Positions 15,624-20,345 of a DNA stretch of 20,345 nucleotides are shown piece by piece. The first letter of the stretch is position 1. The number at the start of each line of letters is the position of its first letter. The DNA comes from Halobacteriaceae archaeon. GTDB lineage: Archaea > Halobacteriota > Halobacteria > Halobacteriales > Halobacteriaceae. The notes under the pieces are model-generated. The model was not told the DNA's origin. It worked only from the letters and a program-made list of their open reading frames with translations, and searched no databases. The stretch covers positions 5,087 through 25,431 of the forward strand of contig JBDGTS010000027.1 of assembly GCA_042216675.1 (NCBI GenBank), in the 5' to 3' direction. The position numbers were made by a program, and so were the translations under genes.

Positions 15624-16766
15624 ATGTCGACAGCACGGCGAAAGAGAGACGCCGCGAGGTGGCTCCCGCACCTCCTCGTCGGGTTCGGCGCAGTCCTCGC
15701 TCTCTTCGTCGTCGGCGAGTGGGCGGTGGTGGCCCTGATACGCGGAAAGCCACTCGGAGAGCAGTATCTCGTCGGCGTCCTGACCTCGCTTCCGTTCGTC
15801 CTCGGCATCCTCTACGGCGGCATCTGGCTCTCGCGGAGCGGTCTCGGGGTGGAGCGGTATCCGCGCATCGCGGGGTGGCTCGTCGGCGGGGTGGCTATCT
15901 TCGTCGCCATCAACGTGTTGACGATGGTCGTCCAACCGCCGGGGAACCCGTCGTCGCTCGTCGGGTGGCTCCGGTGGGCCGCCAGCCTCGGGGGCGGCAT
16001 CGGCCTGCTCACGGGGACCATCGAGGCCCGCGCCATCGAGCGGGAGCGAATCGCGGAACGAGAGGCGGTCCGCGCGGAAATCGCCGAGTCCGAACGGGAA
16101 CTGCTCGACTACGTGAACAGCCTCCTCCGGCACGAGGCGCTCAACGCCGCGAACGTCATCAGCGGCAACGCGAGCCTGCTGATGGAGGGGGCCGACGAGG
16201 AGACACGGCGCCGCCTGCGCGTCATCGAACGGCAGAGCGAAGACCTCTCGCAGGTCATCGACGACGTGCGTGTGCTCCTCCAGAGCGCCGGCGAGAGCCC
16301 CGTCCTCGAACCGTGGCCGCTCGACGACGTGTTAGAGACGGAGGTGGCCGCCCTTCGGGAGCGAACCGACGCCGAGGTGGCCGTGACGGGCGACACCGAC
16401 GTGGCCGTCGCGGCGGACAACCTCCTGCCGCGACTGTTCTCGAATCTCCTCTCGAACGCCGTCGAACACAACGACGCGGAGACGCCGCGGGTGACGGTCA
16501 GCGTCGACGCCGGCCCGGAGACGGTGACGGTCCGCGTCAGCGACAACGGGCCGGGAATCGACGAGTCGCGACTGGAGGCCATATTCGAGCGAGAAGCGAA
16601 CGCGAACAGTTCTCACCACCTCGGCCTCTATCTCGTGCGGACGCTCGCGGAGTGCTACGGCGGGAGCGTCCGCGTCGCGGAGACGGGGCCGGAGGGCACG
16701 ACGATGGCAGTCGAACTCCCGCGGCCGAGCCCGGCGCCCGACCGGGCCGCGGCCGAGGCCGCCTGA
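15624..16766 (+). CDS. Membrane sensor histidine kinase
   Basis: About four TM helices, H-box LRHEALN, N-box NLLSNAVEH, G1 DNGPGI; start ATG 15624. Confidence 0.9.
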   Translation: MSTARRKRDAARWLPHLLVGFGAVLALFVVGEWAVVALIRGKPLGEQYLVGVLTSLPFVLGILYGGIWLSRSGLGVERYPRIAGWLVGGVAIFVAINVLTMVVQPPGNPSSLVGWLRWAASLGGGIGLLTGTIEARAIERERIAEREAVRAEIAESERELLDYVNSLLRHEALNAANVISGNASLLMEGADEETRRRLRVIERQSEDLSQVIDDVRVLLQSAGESPVLEPWPLDDVLETEVAALRERTDAEVAVTGDTDVAVAADNLLPRLFSNLLSNAVEHNDAETPRVTVSVDAGPETVTVRVSDNGPGIDESRLEAIFEREANANSSHHLGLYLVRTLAECYGGSVRVAETGPEGTTMAVELPRPSPAPDRAAAEAA

Positions 16767-16767
16767 C

Positions 16768-17847
16768 CTACCGGAACAGCGCCCGCAACTGCTCGCGGGA
16801 GAACAGCGAACTCGGGCGGTCCATGTCGACGCCGATTTTGCCGGCGAACGCGCGCAGGCCAAGCCGTTGGACCTGCGTCGGGAGCGAGTACGCCCTGCGT
16901 ACCCACGCGCCCAGCCGAATCTCGCGGCCGAGTTCGGCGCGCCACGCCCGTTCGTAGTCGGCGAGCGTGCGGGGTGCCGTCGGATCGACGGTTCGCGCCG
17001 CGCAGTCGGCGGCCGTCATGCCGTAGCGGATGCCCCCGCCGGTGAACGGCTTGGTCTGGCCGGCCGCGTCGCCGACGAGGAAGGCCCGCTCGCTCGTCAC
17101 CGTGTCCGGCGGGCCGATGGGGATGGCGCCCGAGCAGCGCCGGTCGATGGTCGCTCCGTAGTCGGCCACGAGCGACTCGAATCGGTCGCCCACGTCCGCG
17201 CCGGGACGGGCCGCGAGGCCGTACTCGACGCCCGCGTCGCCGCGCGGGATGCGCCACGCGAAGAAGCGCGGCACGGTGAGGTGGACGTCCACGAAGTCCT
17301 GTGCGTCCGGGTCGGGGTCGAAGCCGAGGACGCCGTGGAGCAGTTCGTCGGGGTCGGGGAGCCCAACCTCGCGGCGGACCCGCGAGCGCGGGCCGTCACA
17401 GCCGGCGACCATCCGCGCGGCGACCGTCTCGGTGCCGTCCGGGCCTTTCACGTCGAGTTCCACGCGGTCGGCGCGCTCCCGAACGGCGGTGACGGTGTGG
17501 TTCTCGCGGACCGCCGCGCCCGCGTCGCGGGCCGCGTCCGCGAGCGTCCGGTCGAGGCCCACCCGGTCGATGGCGTTCGAGACAGGGGTCTCCTTGTAGA
17601 AGGGGTAGGCCGCGCTGTCGGGGCCGCCGACGTGGAATCGTGCGCCGCGGATGGCGTTTTGAAACAGGTCGTCGCGGGCGCCCTCGGGGACGTAGTCCCA
17701 CACGTCGAGGCTGACGTGGCCCGAACAGGCCAGCGGTTCGCCCACCGACCCCTGCTCGAAGACGACCACGTCGCGTCCGGCCTCGGCGGCCCGGCGGGCG
17801 AACCGGGACCCCGCAGGTCCGGCGCCGACGACGGCGAAATCGCGCAT
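16768..17847 (-). CDS. Geranylgeranyl reductase family FAD-dependent oxidoreductase
   Basis: VVGAGPAGS, LACSGH, IDRVGLD, GCDG, VGDAAGQTKPFTGGGI; start ATG 17847. Confidence 0.9.
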   Translation of the reverse strand: MRDFAVVGAGPAGSRFARRAAEAGRDVVVFEQGSVGEPLACSGHVSLDVWDYVPEGARDDLFQNAIRGARFHVGGPDSAAYPFYKETPVSNAIDRVGLDRTLADAARDAGAAVRENHTVTAVRERADRVELDVKGPDGTETVAARMVAGCDGPRSRVRREVGLPDPDELLHGVLGFDPDPDAQDFVDVHLTVPRFFAWRIPRGDAGVEYGLAARPGADVGDRFESLVADYGATIDRRCSGAIPIGPPDTVTSERAFLVGDAAGQTKPFTGGGIRYGMTAADCAARTVDPTAPRTLADYERAWRAELGREIRLGAWVRRAYSLPTQVQRLGLRAFAGKIGVDMDRPSSLFSREQLRALFR

Positions 17848-17882
17848 GGGGCGGGCATAGCCGCCCGGCGGGCAAGTATCTT

Positions 17883-18878
17883 TCAGTCGGTCACCACGAG
17901 GCCGCGCGGCGACTGTCGCTCGTAGCGGGCGGGCCACCGCAGGCCGAGGCGGTCCCACGAGTCGCCGGCGTCGCGGGTCCGGTAGAGGCCGTGGTTCGTC
18001 AGGGCGTACAGGTCCCCGGCGTCCGTGCCCGAAGCGAGGACGGCCCGGAGGACGCCTCCGCCCGTCGGCAGGCCGTCGCCGCCGACGCGCGTCCAGTCGC
18101 CGTCGCCGCGGCGACGGTAGACGTACGACTCGGCTTGGTCCACGCCGCCGTGGCCGTGCGCGTCGCCCGCGCCCGACGCCGCGGAGACGAAGACGGTGTC
18201 GGGGGCACCGGGGTCGACGGCGACGCTCCAGACGTAGCGGTGGTCGAGACCGGACTGGGGGTGGTGCCACGACGCGCCGTAGTCGTCGGACTCGGCGTAG
18301 CCGTCGCCGGCGGCGGAGTAGACACGGCCCGGCGCGTCGGCGTGGGTGGCCAGCGAGTGGTTGTCCCGCCGGGACCCCTCGGGTCGGTCGAGCCACGTCT
18401 CGCCCCGGTCGGGCGTGACGACGAGGGCGCCCGCCTCGACGGCGACGTACACCCGGTCGGGGTCGTGGGGGTCGACTTCCAGCCACCGGACGTGGTGGGT
18501 GTCGGGCCGCGGCGGGAACGACCACTCGGAGCGCGAGGGCACGTCGAGGAGGCCCTCCACGCGGTCGAATGAGGCGCCGCCGTCCGTCGAGCGGTAGACG
18601 GCGCTCGGTTCGGTGCCGACCCACACCTCATCGGGGTCGTCGGGGTGGACCGCGACGGCCGTCACGGCGTCGCTGTCGATGGACTCCCCGATGCGGCGGA
18701 ACTCCGCGCCGGCGTCAGTCGAACGCTGGAGGCCGCTCTCGAACGTGCCGACGAACACCCGGTCCGGTCGCTTGGGGTGGGCGGCGACGCACTCGACGTC
18801 TTCGTCGGTCAGTCGCTCCGTCGCGCCGTCGTCGCTCAGCGAGATGACGGCGCTCCGTAGCGCGACGTACGTTGGCAT
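17883..18878 (-). CDS. BNR/Asp-box repeat beta-propeller protein (glycosyl hydrolase-like)
   Basis: Repeated S/T-x-D-x-G-x-S/T-W/F boxes: STDAGAEF, STDGGASF, TPDRGETW, SDDYGASW, TRDAGDSW. Confidence 0.88.
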   Translation of the reverse strand: MPTYVALRSAVISLSDDGATERLTDEDVECVAAHPKRPDRVFVGTFESGLQRSTDAGAEFRRIGESIDSDAVTAVAVHPDDPDEVWVGTEPSAVYRSTDGGASFDRVEGLLDVPSRSEWSFPPRPDTHHVRWLEVDPHDPDRVYVAVEAGALVVTPDRGETWLDRPEGSRRDNHSLATHADAPGRVYSAAGDGYAESDDYGASWHHPQSGLDHRYVWSVAVDPGAPDTVFVSAASGAGDAHGHGGVDQAESYVYRRRGDGDWTRVGGDGLPTGGGVLRAVLASGTDAGDLYALTNHGLYRTRDAGDSWDRLGLRWPARYERQSPRGLVVTD

Positions 18879-18934
18879 ACCCGCGCTTGGTCGCGGGCCG
18901 GCAAAAGAGTGGGCGTCAGCGGGGAGCGGCGGCG

Positions 18935-19450
18935 TCAGTCGTCGTCGGACTCGCTCTCCGACTCACTCTCCGACTCGGACTCGCTCTCCGACTCGCTCTC
19001 CGACTCGGATTCGTCCTCCTCGTCGTCGCGTTCGTCATCGTCCGCTTCGACCTCGTACTCGTAGGACTCCTCCACGAGGCGGAGGCCGTCGTCGGTCACG
19101 AGGTATTCGAGTTCGCCCTCGAAGCCGTCGGCGACGAGTTCGACTTCGAGTTCCTCGGCGGCGTCACCGACGTCCACGGCGACGGTGCCGTTCGCGTCGG
19201 TGGTGACCGTCCGCTCGGCGTCGTCAGTCTCGACGTGGACCGTCGCGTTCGCGAGGGGCGCACCCGCGTCCGTGACGGTCACGGTGACGGTGCCGTTCTC
19301 GTAGGTGGCGTGCGCGTCTACGTCCGCCGGGACGGCCGTCTCGGCGGACCCTGTGTCGGCCGCGAACGGGGCGCCGCCCGTGGAGGCGACGGCCCCGCCG
19401 GCGGCGAGCAACACGACCAGTGCGGCAGCGACTGCTTTGGTTGCGGGCAT
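18935..19450 (-). CDS. Secreted acidic protein with Ig-like domain and (ES)n tail
   Basis: Signal peptide, VTVTVTDAGAPLANATV...TTDANGTV, and a C-terminal ES dipeptide run. Confidence 0.78.
   Translation of the reverse strand: MPATKAVAAALVVLLAAGGAVASTGGAPFAADTGSAETAVPADVDAHATYENGTVTVTVTDAGAPLANATVHVETDDAERTVTTDANGTVAVDVGDAAEELEVELVADGFEGELEYLVTDDGLRLVEESYEYEVEADDDERDDEEDESESESESESESESESESESESDDD
18945..19012. repeat. Imperfect 6/12-bp tandem repeat encoding the ES run
   Basis: Repeated CTCGCTCTCCGA-like units; boundaries approximate. Confidence 0.75.
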
Positions 19451-19624
19451 TACGACTCACCCTTGGGTCGGGACGCACCTGTACCGGGTAGTTCGTTCGA
19501 GTGGATTCAGCGGGATTCATCGCGGTGCAGTCGTGCGATTAAGCCGAATTAAGCGGGTGGAGAAGCATCGCGGCGCGTCGCGCCGCGTTCACCGCTCGCG
19601 GAGCGAGCGACATTTTCGGTCCAG

Positions 19625-19651
19625 CGTTTTCGCTCGAAGCGAGCGAAAACG
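19625..19651. repeat. Perfect 12-bp hairpin just downstream of uvrA (haloarchaeal intergenic palindromic repeat or terminator-like)
   Basis: CGTTTTCGCTCG-AAG-CGAGCGAAAACG, preceded by TTTTCGGTCCAG and followed by GTGG. Confidence 0.65.
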
Positions 19652-19655
19652 GTGG

Positions 19656-20345
<690 letters not shown>

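Noticed and set aside
17848-18624. N-terminal extension of the 618-aa ORF
   Set aside because: Shadow frame over the BNR-repeat gene; the reductase starts at 17847 with its FAD-binding motif.
18945-19012. CRISPR array
   Set aside because: Short coding tandem repeat with no spacers; no cas genes in the window.

Overview
GC-rich haloarchaeal chromosome (Halobacteria, judged from the acidic proteome). Positions 1-9606 are the right part of an integrated pleolipovirus-type provirus of the integrase-encoding, SNJ2-like kind. It has the canonical minus-strand cluster (internal membrane protein, spike/fusion protein, two conserved membrane proteins, P-loop NTPase), a phiH1-repressor-like wHTH gene, small coupled ORFs and a tyrosine integrase. 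It ends in a 13-bp tRNA-3'-end-like att core at 9594-9606. Unusual cargo inside the provirus: (1) a lower-GC archaeal type IV pilin gene just upstream of the structural operon; (2) an HTH plus degenerate LAGLIDADG-like gene; (3) a ~190-aa lectin/CBM-like insertion in the spike; (4) a ~250-bp nested inverted-repeat element with perfect 19-bp arms, just downstream of a palindrome-flanked TATA-like box. Positions ~9990-20345 are ordinary host genes: small Zn-finger proteins, RNase R/II, PUA protein, SepF, YgfZ/GcvT-like protein, histidine kinase, geranylgeranyl reductase, BNR-repeat protein and the 3' part of uvrA. All calls come from reading motifs by eye; no database search or folding program was run.
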